From NCBI RefSeq assembly GCF_046119375.1, contig NW_027362761.1, forward strand, positions 1,213,650,001 to 1,213,714,000: 64,000 nucleotides of DNA. Reading direction: 5' to 3'. Both the position numbers and the translations under genes were made by a program. Position 1 is the stretch's first letter; each line of letters starts with the position of its first letter. A model generated the notes under the pieces. That model saw only the letters and a program-made list of their open reading frames with translations, ran no database searches and was not told where the DNA came from. Positions 23,195 through 33,573 of this stretch are shown in pieces. Origin of the DNA: Phyllobates terribilis (taxonomy: Eukaryota).

Positions 23195-23752
23195 ATGTCG
23201 TTGGCAAATCACCTTTACATTTTCACATTTGTGGTGGTGGTGGCAGGTCCCATCTATGACGGTGTCTGCAAATTACCTGAGCAAGAGAACTTAAAGCAGC
23301 TGCATAATGCTTTTGTGAAGGCGATCTCGGCCGCCAACTGTTTCGTAAATGCTGTGTTAGCCGAAGAACAATCCGAGAATGAAGAGATGAGGATGAAATT
23401 TTTTAATACGGTCTCAAAGATGAGCGATGACGAAGTTGGTGTTGTTATACATGAATTTCTGTTATGGATAGAGGACAAACTAAAAAGTCTCTTGTGGTCC
23501 GATCGGCAAGAATATAGAAATATGATGGAACTTTTGCAAATGCAGATAGATCGCACGACTTCTTGCTTACGAGCAACTAAAACAAGACTCATGCAATACA
23601 AAACAGCAAAGTACTTGTCTCCACAAGGGGATTTCGTCAAAGATGGCGAGCAATCGCCTTGCACCTTTAAAGTCGCGTACAGCAAGATAATCAGAATCCT
23701 TCTGCTGGCCGAACAAATGATCGCTAATGCAGAGACAAAGCAAAAGTACTGA
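23195..23752 (+). CDS. Intact intronless divergent type I interferon-like secreted protein (185 aa)
   Basis: Hydrophobic leader MSLANHLYIFTFVVVVAG. Cys at 25/49/124/156 (1/25/100/132 counting from the first Cys, versus 1/29/98/138 in IFN-alpha2). CKLP ~ CDLP; VVIHEFLLWI ~ PVLHEMIQQI; ungapped KYLSPQGDFVKDGEQSPCTFKVAYSKIIR ~ [29 protein letters not shown]. TATA upstream and AATAAA downstream. Comparison by eye to a remembered sequence. Confidence 0.72.
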   Translation: MSLANHLYIFTFVVVVAGPIYDGVCKLPEQENLKQLHNAFVKAISAANCFVNAVLAEEQSENEEMRMKFFNTVSKMSDDEVGVVIHEFLLWIEDKLKSLLWSDRQEYRNMMELLQMQIDRTTSCLRATKTRLMQYKTAKYLSPQGDFVKDGEQSPCTFKVAYSKIIRILLLAEQMIANAETKQKY

Positions 23753-23868
23753 AGAAGGCGAGCGGTGAAGCAGCGCGGGCGTCAAAAACAGGTCTCTGAT
23801 TTTGTTGCTCATCTTTATGTTTTTAATTTTCTTTTTTTTTACTGCTTTTATTTTGTCAATGAAGCTTC

Positions 23869-23874
23869 AATAAA
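23869..23874 (+). terminator. Polyadenylation signal AATAAA of the full-length gene
   Basis: 117 nt after the stop codon and followed by GU/U-rich sequence. Equivalent signals at 34396, 44131, 52153 and 58674. Confidence 0.6.
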
Positions 23875-24233
23875 TTCTGGTGTCAAAGGCGATTACTGTG
23901 CGGTGAATGTTTTATTTTGTTTTTTTACTTTTCTTTCGAGAGTTTTTCAAACACAACAGAACTGGGATGTGCGCGGCGCATATATATAACATTCGTTCAC
24001 ATACGGTCCTCGTGGAGCCTATGGCTCGGCCACATTACTTTTTTTTTTATAGCGTAAAAGATCTTTTGCTGTTGCTAAAATCATGAACTATATTTTGCCC
24101 TTACATCTTGAGGTGGGTGGCAAGGAGAAAGAATGAACAAGCGTGTGCTCTCATTACCAGAGGAAATCTCTGTCTCCTTCCCATTCAAAACTGTTTTACA
24201 ATGTTTTTTTCGGTCCCCCCCGCCTGTTCGTGT

Positions 24234-26090
24234 GAGTCTCAGTACATTCGCCTTTCTCCTCAGGGTTTAGCACACAGCTCCATCTACCCTGTCAGATGAT
24301 TGTCCTCTGTATCTCAGTACATTCGGCAGTTCTCAGTGTTCAGCACACAGATGTCTCTGCCCTGTCTGCTGCACAGTCATCTGATTTTCATGTGTGCCTC
24401 AGTTCATCCGCCTTTCTCCTCAATATTAAGCACACAGCTTGTTGTGTCCTGTCAGCTGAAAGTTCCTGTGTGTCTCACACATTGGCAGTTCTCCTCAATC
24501 TGTAGCACACACCTCCGATGATTGTCCTGTGTGTTTTAGTACTTCCGCGGTTCTCCTCAGTGTTTAGCACACAGCTCCTTCTGCCCTGTCAGATGGTTGT
24601 CCTGTGTGTCTTAGTACTTCCGCGGTTCTCCTCAGTGTTTAGCACACAGCTCCTTCTGCCCTGTCAGATGATTGTCCTGTGTGTCTCACACATCCGCGGT
24701 TCTCCTCAGTGTTTAGCACACAGCTCCTTCTGCCCTGTCAGATGATTGTCCTGTGTGTCTTAGTACATCCGCGGTTCTCCTCAGTGTTTAGCACACAGCT
24801 CCTTCTGCCCTGTCAGATGATTGTCCTGTGTGTCTCACACATCCGCGGTTCTCCTCAGTGTTTATCACACAGCTCCTTCTGCCCTGTCAGATGATTGTCC
24901 TGTGTGTCTTAGTACATCCGCGGTTCTCCTCATTGTTTAGCACACAGCTCCTTCTGCCCTGTCAGATTATTGTCCTGTGTGTCTTAGTACATCCGCGGTT
25001 CTCCTCAGTGTTTAGCACACAGCTCCTTCTGCCCTGTCAGATGATTGTCCTGTGTGTCTCACACATCCGCGGTTCTCCTCAGTGTTTAGCACACAGCTCC
25101 TTCTGCCCTGTCAGATGGTTGTCCTGTGTGTCTTAGTACATCCGCGGTTCTCCTCATTGTTTAGCACACAGCTCCTTCTGCCCTGTCAGATTATTGTCCT
25201 GTGTGTCTTAGTACATCCGCGGTTCTCCTCATTGTTTAGCACACAGCTCCTTCTGCCCTGTCAGATTATTGTCCTGTGTGTCTTAGTACATCCGCGGTTC
25301 TCCTCATTGTTTAGCACACAGCTCCTTCTGCCCTGTCAGATGATTGTCCTGTGTGTCTTAGTACATCCGCGGTTCTCCTCAGTGTTTAGCACACAGCTCC
25401 TTCTGCCCTGTCAGATGGTTGTCCTGTGTGTCTTAGTACATCCGCGGTTCTCCTCAGTGTTTAGCACACAGCTCCTTCTGCCCTGTCAGATGATTGTCCT
25501 GTGTGTCTTTGTACTTCCGCGGATCTCCTCAGTGTTTAGCACACAGCTCCTTCTTCCCTGTCTGCTGATACATACTGTGTGTCTCAGTAGATCTGCAGAT
25601 CTCCTAAGTGTTTACCACACGGCTCCTTTTGTTCTGTCTGCTGATATTTCCTGTTTCGCCACAGCCCAACTATCAGTATTTGGTTAGTATTTTTTCTCAC
25701 TAGTCGGAGACAAAACCAGGAGTGGAGCTCCTTCTGCCCTGTCAGCAGCTTGTACTCTCTTTCAGTGCTTAACACAGCTCATTTTCCCCTGTCAGATGAT
25801 TGTCCTGTGGGTCTCACACATCGTCATTCTCATCAGGGTTTAGCAAATGGCTCCTTCTGTTCTGTCAGATGATTGTTCTGTTTTCCTCAGTACATCGGCA
25901 GTTCTCTTCAGGGTTTACCACACAGCTCCTTCTGCCCTGTCAGATGATTGTCCTGTGTGTCTCACACATCGGCAGTGCTCCTCAGGGTTTACCACACAGC
26001 TCCTTCTGCCCTGTCAGCAGCTTGTACTCTCTTTCAGTACATTGGCAGTTTTCGTCAACGTTTCGCACAAAGTTTCTTCCGCCCAGTCAG
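24234..26090. repeat. 75/74-bp minisatellite, homogeneous core with diverged flanks
   Basis: Monomer CCTGTGTGTCTTAGTACATCCGCGGTTCTCCTCAGTGTTTAGCACACAGCTCCTTCTGCCCTGTCAGATGATTGT; the 74-bp variant has CTCACACATC. Confidence 0.95.
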
Positions 26091-26099
26091 CTAATAGAT

Positions 26100-26849
26100 C
26101 ACACTAGACCTCAAGCAGCTTGGATTGTAACCTCTCCACTCTTCCTCCAGACTCTGGGACCTTGTGGAGTGTGTCAATGACTGCCTTCTGGATATCTGTC
26201 AAGTCAGCAGTCTTCCCCATGATTGTGGAGGCTACTGAAAGGACTAAGGGACCTTTTTAAATGCTTCAGAAGTCTTTTGCTGGTGTTTTTTTTTAGTTTA
26301 TTATTCTAATCTACTGTGATAATGACTTTTGTGTTTTCATTGGCTGTAAGCCATAATGATCAACATTAACAGAAATAAACACTTGAAATAGATCCCTCTG
26401 CGTGTAATGACTCTATATAATAGATCCCTCTGTGTGTAATGACTCTATATAATAGATCCCTCTGTGTGTAATGACTCTATATAATAGATCCCTGTGTAAT
26501 GACTCTATATAATAGATCACTCTGTGTGTAATGACTCTATTTAATAGATCCCTCTGCGTGTAATGGCTCTATATAATAGATCCCTCTGTGTGTAATGACT
26601 CTATATAATAGATCCCTCTGTGTGTAATGACTCTATATAATAGATCCCTCTGTGTGTAATGACTCTATATAATAGATCCCTCTGTGTGTAATGACTCTAT
26701 TTAATAGATCCCTCTGTGTGTAATGACTCTATATAATAGATCCCTCTGTTTGTAATGACTCTATATAATATAGGAGTTTCACTTTTGGTATTGAAGAACT
26801 GAAATAAATTAACTTTTTGATGATATTCTAATTTTGTGAGAAGCACTTG
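26100..26849 (-). mobile_element. Internally deleted Tc1-like transposon remnant (one TIR plus transposase fragments)
   Basis: The minus strand starts CAAGTGCTTCTCACAAAATTAGAATATCATCAAAAAG after TA (26850-26851). ATG at 26220 gives MGKTADLTDIQKAVIDTLHK, fused to GPRVWRKSGE...PSCLRSSV, typical Tc1 transposase segments. Confidence 0.88.
26389..26768. repeat. 32-bp VNTR in the Tc1 TIR (12 units)
   Basis: TAGATCCCTCTGTGTGTAATGACTCTATATAA at 26389, 26421, 26453 and on to 26737. Three units at 37068-37164, 47083-47179 and 62849-62945. Confidence 0.95.
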
Positions 26850-27015
26850 TATGTATCTTTTGTTTGCAGATTGTAACTTTTGCTTTTGTCAGACTAATTC
26901 TTCTCGTCAGACATCTTTTGGTTCGTTCTTCGCTGTAAATATGTGTCACTAATGTCCTGAAGGCAGAGAATGACTTGTGTAGATGAGAAGTAAACGATAT
27001 GAGCCGGGCGCAGCA

Positions 27016-27100
27016 CCCAGCATGTACAGCGTAGTGGTAGTGCTCCTGCCCTACATGCCGGCGACACGGGTTCGAATCCTGAGCTGTACTTATTGCTGGG
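27016..27100 (+). ncRNA. tRNA-like / tRNA-derived Pol III element with an extended terminal stem
   Basis: B box GGTTCGAATCC at 27069-27079; A-box-like GTAGTGGTAG; GTACAGC pairs with GCTGTAC and is extended by CCCAGCA/TGCTGGG; anticodon-like arm CCTGC-CCTACAT-GCCGG (TAC). Not a canonical tRNA. Confidence 0.55.
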
Positions 27101-27299
27101 AGCTGAGAGAATGAACGACATCTACATATGTACAACAAATCATCGCTGTTAATACCTGACTTTAACTTATTATTAAGTTTGACGCCTTTGAGCTTCTGTG
27201 TTTCCAAGTTTGCCGGAAAAACTAAAAACGAGCAAGAAAAATGTCTGAACCAAAAGAAACTCAAGACAAACCTTGTTTGCTGTGCACCATCAAGTGTGA

Positions 27300-27650
27300 A
27301 TGTCTGCTCTGGAGAGTGAGATGTGGCTCTGCTGGAGAGTATATACGGGCCAATATGGAGCCCAGTCATCAGCAGAAGCCGTACAGTCCTGGGCTGTATG
27401 GACCGTATGTTCTGACTTCAATATCTATTGGAAACTGCGGTGAAAAGAACGATAAAGCTTCTGCCTTTCGTGGAAACATTGAGGATTTGAGTCCTGGCGT
27501 TGCTGCGTTAAGCACAGAGACCATACTGAGCCCATAGTGATAGCACAGAGCACACCGGTACTGGTAACGATCGCTCCGATCACTGGGGAGACACAACTTT
27601 CCATCAATATCATCTCTGACTTCTCTCAGATTGTAAAGCCAAAAAATTGA
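27300..27650 (+). pseudogene. Possible decayed Ig C1-set (MHC class I alpha3-like) remnant
   Basis: The frame starting at 27300 gives WLCW...(57 codons)...GFESWRCCVKHRDHTEPIVI, matching C-x-V-x-H-x4-E-P spacing. It has three in-frame stops. Motif match by eye only. Confidence 0.25.
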
Positions 27651-28409
27651 CATAAGGAAACAAAGACAAAGTCTGACATGACATTCGCCAAAATACTGTT
27701 CATTGTGGTATCTGTGACCGGTCTGGAGCCGGACGACAGCACAGGACTAAATGTTAAACAGGAATAAGAGGGCTGCAGCTTTTAGCTGAATGAGAGGTCA
27801 CACATCAGGCGAAAGGAGTAAAGGATCACTGATGCCGTCACCAGTTCATCCCTGTGATTTCTTTCTTCTGTGCTGCGTGCAACATTGTTCCAACAGTTTT
27901 TGCTCTGTTAAATGATGCAAAACTACATGAGAACATTTTAAAAAGAGCATTTTTTTACGAGAGTTACGGTCGTTCTTGGATAAGCCAGAGAGGTCCATGA
28001 AGGCTAGGTGGATGGTTATCTTGTCTTTTTGGCGAGATTCACAAATTAGGAATATTAACATGGCTCGGTCCAGGAGTGTTAAAAGCGTGTGAGACTGGGC
28101 ATACGACGTCCATATTTCCCAAGTCTGAACTGTACATTGTAAACTGAATTAAAAGTTGCAGCTATAGCTCAATGAGAGACCCAAGTAAGGCGAAAAGGAG
28201 CAACATATCACTGACGCCGGCTCTGGTTCAACCCCTGTGACTCTTCTGTGCTGTGTGCAACCTTGACCTAACAGTTTTTGCACTAATAAAGGGTGCAAAA
28301 AAATATATAGACAAGAGTAAATCTAAAAAAAGAGCATTTTCTGATAAGAATTACGTCCGTACCTGGATAAGCCACAGGGTTTCACACTGTGACAGCCTCT
28401 TTTAAAGAC

Positions 28410-31400
28410 ATGTCGATGGCAAATCACCTTTACATTTTCACATTTGTGTGGTGGTGGTGGCAGGTCCGATCTATGACGGTGTCTGCAAATTACCTGAGCA
28501 ATAGAACTTTAAGCAGCTGCATAATGCTTTTGTGAAGGCGAGCTTGGCCGCCAACTGTTCCACAAATGCTGTGTTAGCCGAAGAACAATCCGAGAATGAA
28601 GAGATGAGGATGAAATTTTTTTAATACGGTCTCAAAGATGAGCGATGACGAAGTTGGTGTTGTTATACATGAATTTCTGTTATGGATAGAGGACAAACTA
28701 AAAAGTCTCTTGTGGTCCGATCGGCAAGAATATAGAAATATGATGGAACTTTTGCAAATGCAGATAGATCGAGCGACTTCTTGCCTACGAGCAACTAAAA
28801 CAAGACTCGTACAATACAAAACAGCAAGTACTTGTCTCCACAAGGGGATTTCGTCAAAGACGGCGAGCAATCGCCTTGCACCTTTAAGGTTCAACCCCCT
28901 GTGACTCTTCTGTGCTGTGTGCAACCTTGACCTAACAGTTTTTGCACTATTAAAGGGTGCAAAAAATATATATAGACAAGAGTAAATCTAAATAAAAGAG
29001 CATTTCTGACGAGAATTACGTCCGTACCTGGATAAGCCACAGGGTTTCACACTGTGACAGCCTCTTTTAAAGACATGTCGTTGGCAAATCACCTTTACAT
29101 TTTCACATTTGTGGTGGTGGTGGCAGGTCTGATCTATGACGGTGTCTGCAAATTATCTGAGCAAGAGAACTTAAAGCAGCTGCATAATGCTTTTGTGAAG
29201 GCGAGCTCGGCCGCCAACTGTTTCGTAAATGCTGTGTTAGCCGAAGAACAATCCGAGAATGAAGAGATGAGGATGAAATTTTTTAATACGGTCTCAAAGA
29301 TGAGCGATGACGAAGTTGGTGTTGTTATACATGAATTTCTGTTATTATTGAGGACAAACTAAAATGTCCATTGTGGTAAGATCGGCAAGAATATAGAAAT
29401 ATGATGGAACTTTTGCAAATGCAGATAGATCTCGTGACTTCTTGCCTACGAGCAACTAAAACAAGACTCGTGCAATACAAAACAGCAAAGTACTTGTCTC
29501 CACAAGGGGATTTCGTCAAAGACGGCGAGCAATCGCCTTGCACCTTTAAGGTTCAACCCCCTGTGACTCTTCTGTGCTGTGTGCAACCTTGACCTAACAG
29601 TTTTTGCACTATTAAAGGGTGAAAAAATATATATAGACAAGAGTAAATCTAAATAAAAGAGCATTTCTGACGAAAATTACGTCCGTACCTGGATAAGCCA
29701 CAGGGTTTCACACTGTGACAGCCTCTTTTAAAGACATGTCGTTGGCAAATCACCTTTACATTTTCACATTTGTGGTGGTGGTGGTGGCAGGTCCGATCTA
29801 TGACGGTGTCATCAAATTACCTGAGCAAGAGAACTTATAGCAGCTGCATAATGCTTTTGTGAAGGCGAGCTCGGCCGCCAACTGTTTCGTAAATGCTGTG
29901 TTAGCCGAAGAACAATCCGAGAATGAAGAGATGAGGATGAATTTTTTTAATACGGTCTCAAAGATGAGCGATGACGAAGTTGGTGTTGTTATACATGAAT
30001 TTCTGTTATGGATAGAGGACAAACTAAAAAGTCTCTTGTGGTCCGATCGGAAAGAATATAGAAATATGATGGAACTTTTGCAAATGCAGATAGATCGCGC
30101 GACTTCTTGCCTATGAGCAACTAAAACAAGACTCGTGCAATACAAAACAGCAAAGTACTTGTCTCCACAAGGGGATTTCGTCAAAGACGGCGAGCAATCG
30201 CCTTGCACCTTTAAGGTTCAACCCCCTGTGACTCTTCTGTGCTGTGTGCAACCTTGACCTAACAGTTTTTGCACTATAAAAGGGTGCAAAAAATATATAT
30301 AGACAAGAGTAAAGCTAAATTAAAGGAGCAATTCTGACGAAAATTACGTCCGTACCTGGATAAGCCACAGGGTTTCACACTGTGACAGCCTCTTTTAAAG
30401 ACATGTCGTTGGCAAATCACCTTTACATTTTCACATTTGTGGTGGTGGTGGCAGGTCCGATCTATGACGGTGTCTGCAAATTATCTGAGCAAGAGAACTT
30501 AAAGCAGCTGCATAATGCTTTTGTGAAGGCGAGCTCGGCCGCCAACTGTTTCGTAAATGCTGTGTTAGCCGAAGAACAATCCGAGAATGAAGAGATGAGG
30601 ATGAAATTTTTTAATACGGTCTCAAAGATGAGCGATGACGAAGTTGGTGTTGTTATACATGAATTTCTGTTATTATTGAGGACAAACTAAAAAGTCCATT
30701 GTGGTCCGATCGGCAAGAATATAGAAATATGATGGAACTTTTGCAAATGCAGATAGATTTCGCGACTTCTTGCCTACGAGCAACTAAAACAAGACTCGTG
30801 CAATACAAAACAGCAAAGTACTTGTCTCCACAAGGGGATTTCGTCAAAGACGGCGAGCAATCGCCTTGCACCTTTAAGGTTCAACCCCCTGTGACTCTTC
30901 TGTGCTGTGTGCAACCTTGACCTAACAGTTTTTGCACTATTAAAGGGTGAAAAAATATATATAGACAAGAGTAAATCTAAATAAAAGAGCATTTCTGACG
31001 AAAAATACGTCCGTACCTGGATAAGCCACAGGGTTTCACACTGTGACAGCCTCTTTTAAAGACATGTCGTTGGCAAATCACCTTTACATTTTCACATTTG
31101 TGGTGGTGGTGGCAGGTCCGATCTATGACGGTGTCTGCAAATTACCTGAGCAAGAGAACTTAAAGCAGCTGCATAATGCTTTTATGAAGGCGAGCTCGGC
31201 CGCCAACTGTTCCACGAATGCTGAGTTAGACGAAGAACAATCCGAGAATGAAGAGATGAGGATGACATTTTTTTAATACGGTCTCAAAGATGAGCGATGA
31301 CGAAGTTGGTGTTGTTATACATGAATTTCTGTTATGGATAGAGGACAAACTAAAAAGTCTCTTGTGGTCCGATCGGCAAGAATATAGAAATATGATGGAA

Positions 31401-33573
31401 CTTTTTGCAAATGCAGATAGATCGCACGACTTCTTGCCTACGAGCAACTAAAACAAGACTCGTGCAATACAAAACAGCAAAGTACTTGTCTCCACAAGGG
31501 GATTTCGTCAAAGACGGCGAGCAATCGCCTTGCACCTTTAAGGTTCAATCCCCTGTGACTATTCTGTGCTGTGTGCAACCTTGACCTAACAGTTTTTGCA
31601 CTATTAAAGGGTGCAAAAAATATATATAGACAAGAGTAAATCTAAATAAAAGAGCATTTCTGACGAGAATTACGTCCGTACCTGGATAAGCCACAGGGTT
31701 TCACACTGTGACAGCCTCTTTTAAAGACATGTCTTGGCAAATCACCTTTACTTTTTCACATTTATGGTGGTGGTGGTGGCAGGTCCGATCTATGACGGTG
31801 TCATCAAATTACCTGAGCAAGAGAACTTATAGCAGCTGCATAATGCTTTTGTGAAGGCGAGCTCGGCCGCCAACTGTTTCGTAAATGCTGTGTTAGCCGA
31901 ATAACAATCTGAGAATGAAGAGATGAGGATGAATTTTTTTAATACGGTCTCAAAGATGAGCGATGACGAAGTTGGTGTTGTTATACATGAATTTCTGTTA
32001 TGGATAGAGGACAAACTAAAAAGTCTCTTGTGGTCCGATCGGAAAGAATATAGAAATATGATGGAACTTTTGCAAATGCAGATAGATCGAGCGACTTCTT
32101 GCCTACGAGCAACTAAAACAAGACTCGTACAATACAAAACAGCAAGTACTTGTCTCCACAAGGGGATTTCGTCAAAGACGGCGAGCAATCGCCTTGCACC
32201 TTTAAGGTTCAACCCCCTGTGACTCTTCTGTGCTGTGTGCAACCTTGACCTAACAGTTTTTGCACTATTAAAGGGTGCAAAAAATATATATAGACAAGAG
32301 TAAATCTAAATAAAAGAGCATTTCTGACGAGAATTACGTCCGTACCTGGATAAGCCACAGGGTTTCACACTGTGACAGCCTCTTTTAAAGACATGTCGTT
32401 GGCAAATCACCTTTACATTTTCACATTTGTGGTGGTGGTGGCAGGTCTGATCTATGACGGTGTCTGCAAATTATCTGAGCAAGAGAACTTAAAGCAGCTG
32501 CATAATGCTTTTGTGAAGGCGAGCTCGGCCGCCAACTGTTTCGTAAATGCTGTGTTAGCCGAAGAACAATCCGAGAATGAAGAGATGAGGATGAAATTTT
32601 TTAATACGGTCTCAAAGATGAGCGATGACGAAGTTGGTGTTGTTATACATGAATTTCTGTTATTATTGAGGACAAACTAAAATGTCCATTGTGGTAAGAT
32701 CGGCAAGAATATAGAAATATGATGGAACTTTTGCAAATGCAGATAGATCTCGTGACTTCTTGCCTACGAGCAACTAAAACAAGACTCGTGCAATACAAAA
32801 CAGCAAAGTACTTGTCTCCACAAGGGGATTTCGTCAAAGACGGCGAGCAATCGCCTTGCACCTTTAAGGTTCAACCCCCTGTGACTCTTCTGTGCTGTGT
32901 GCAACCTTGACCTAACAGTTTTTGCACTATTAAAGGGTGAAAAAATATATATAGACAAGAGTAAATCTAAATAAAAGAGCATTTCTGACGAAAAATACGT
33001 CCGTACCTGGATAAGCCACAGGGTTTCACACTGTGACAGCCTCTTTTAAAGACATGTCGAAGGCAAATCACCTTTACATTTTCACATTTGTGGTGATGGT
33101 GGCAGGTCCGATCTATGACGGTGTCTGCAAATTACCTGAGCAAGAGAACTTAAAGCAGCTGCATAATGCTTTTGTGAAGGCGAGCTCGGCCGCCAACTGT
33201 TTCGTAAATGCTGTGTTAGCCGAAGAACAATCCGAGAATGAAGAGATGAGGATGAAATTTTTTTAATACGGTCTCAAAGATGAGCGATGACGAAGTTGGT
33301 GTTGTTATACATGAATTTCTGTTATGGATAGAGGACAAACTAAAAAGTCTCTTGTGGTCCGATCGGCAAGAATACAGAAATATGATGGAACTTTTGCAAA
33401 TGCAGATAGATCGCGCGACTTCTTGCCTACGAGCAACTAAAACAAGACTCGTGCAATACAAAACAGCAAAGTACTTGTCTCCACAAGGGGATTTCGTCAA
33501 AGATGGCGAGCAATCCCCTTGCACCTTTAAGGTTCAACCCCCTGTGACTCTTCTGTGCTGTGTGCAACCTTGA
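28410..33573 (+). pseudogene. Eight disabled truncated interferon-like copies
   Basis: Frameshifts in the (GTG)n leader, T6>T7 and T4>T5 tracts, a 1-bp loss at TTATTATTGAGG, and AAG>TAG and CGA>TGA stops. Confidence 0.7.

Larger units (their letters stand above)
18352..23752 (+). repeat. ~663-bp tandem array 1 (8 interferon-like copies)
   Basis: ATGs at 18546, 19210, 19873, 20536, 21199, 21864, 22531 and 23195. Junction TTTAA-GGT-TCAACC at 19023, 19686, 20349 and onward. Confidence 0.95.
1..24233 (+). repeat. ~3.66-kb tandem unit, 4 copies, each carrying the interferon-like gene
   Basis: The landmark GTCTTTTTAAAAGTCTGATG recurs at 1, 9179, 12838 and 16481. Periods are 3655 (after removing the 5523-bp insertion plus TSD), 3659 and 3643. 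Copy 4 is internally expanded by the 663-bp array and breaks into the 75-bp satellite at ~24233. Confidence 0.95.

Noticed and set aside
24518-25560. 75-bp repeat as a C2H2 zinc-finger array or CRISPR
   Set aside because: The period is 75, not 84; there is no C-x2-C...H-x3-H pattern; all three minus frames of the consensus monomer have stops; there are no unique spacers.
27024-27090. Functional tRNA-Val(TAC) gene
   Set aside because: About 6 nt too short in the D-arm when the paired stem is used, C at position 33, mismatches in the anticodon and T stems, and no nearby oligo-T terminator.
26809-27369. 186-aa minus-strand ORF repeated in each HOR
   Set aside because: It spans the antisense of the tRNA-like element (DSNP) and runs into the Tc1 TIR, so it is a composite of unrelated parts with no domain signal.
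27380-27450. IL-10-like motif LGCMDRMF*LQYLLE (vs LGCQALSEMIQFYLE)
   Set aside because: A short match interrupted by a stop, with no support from flanking sequence. Likely chance, and it overlaps the alternative C1-set reading.
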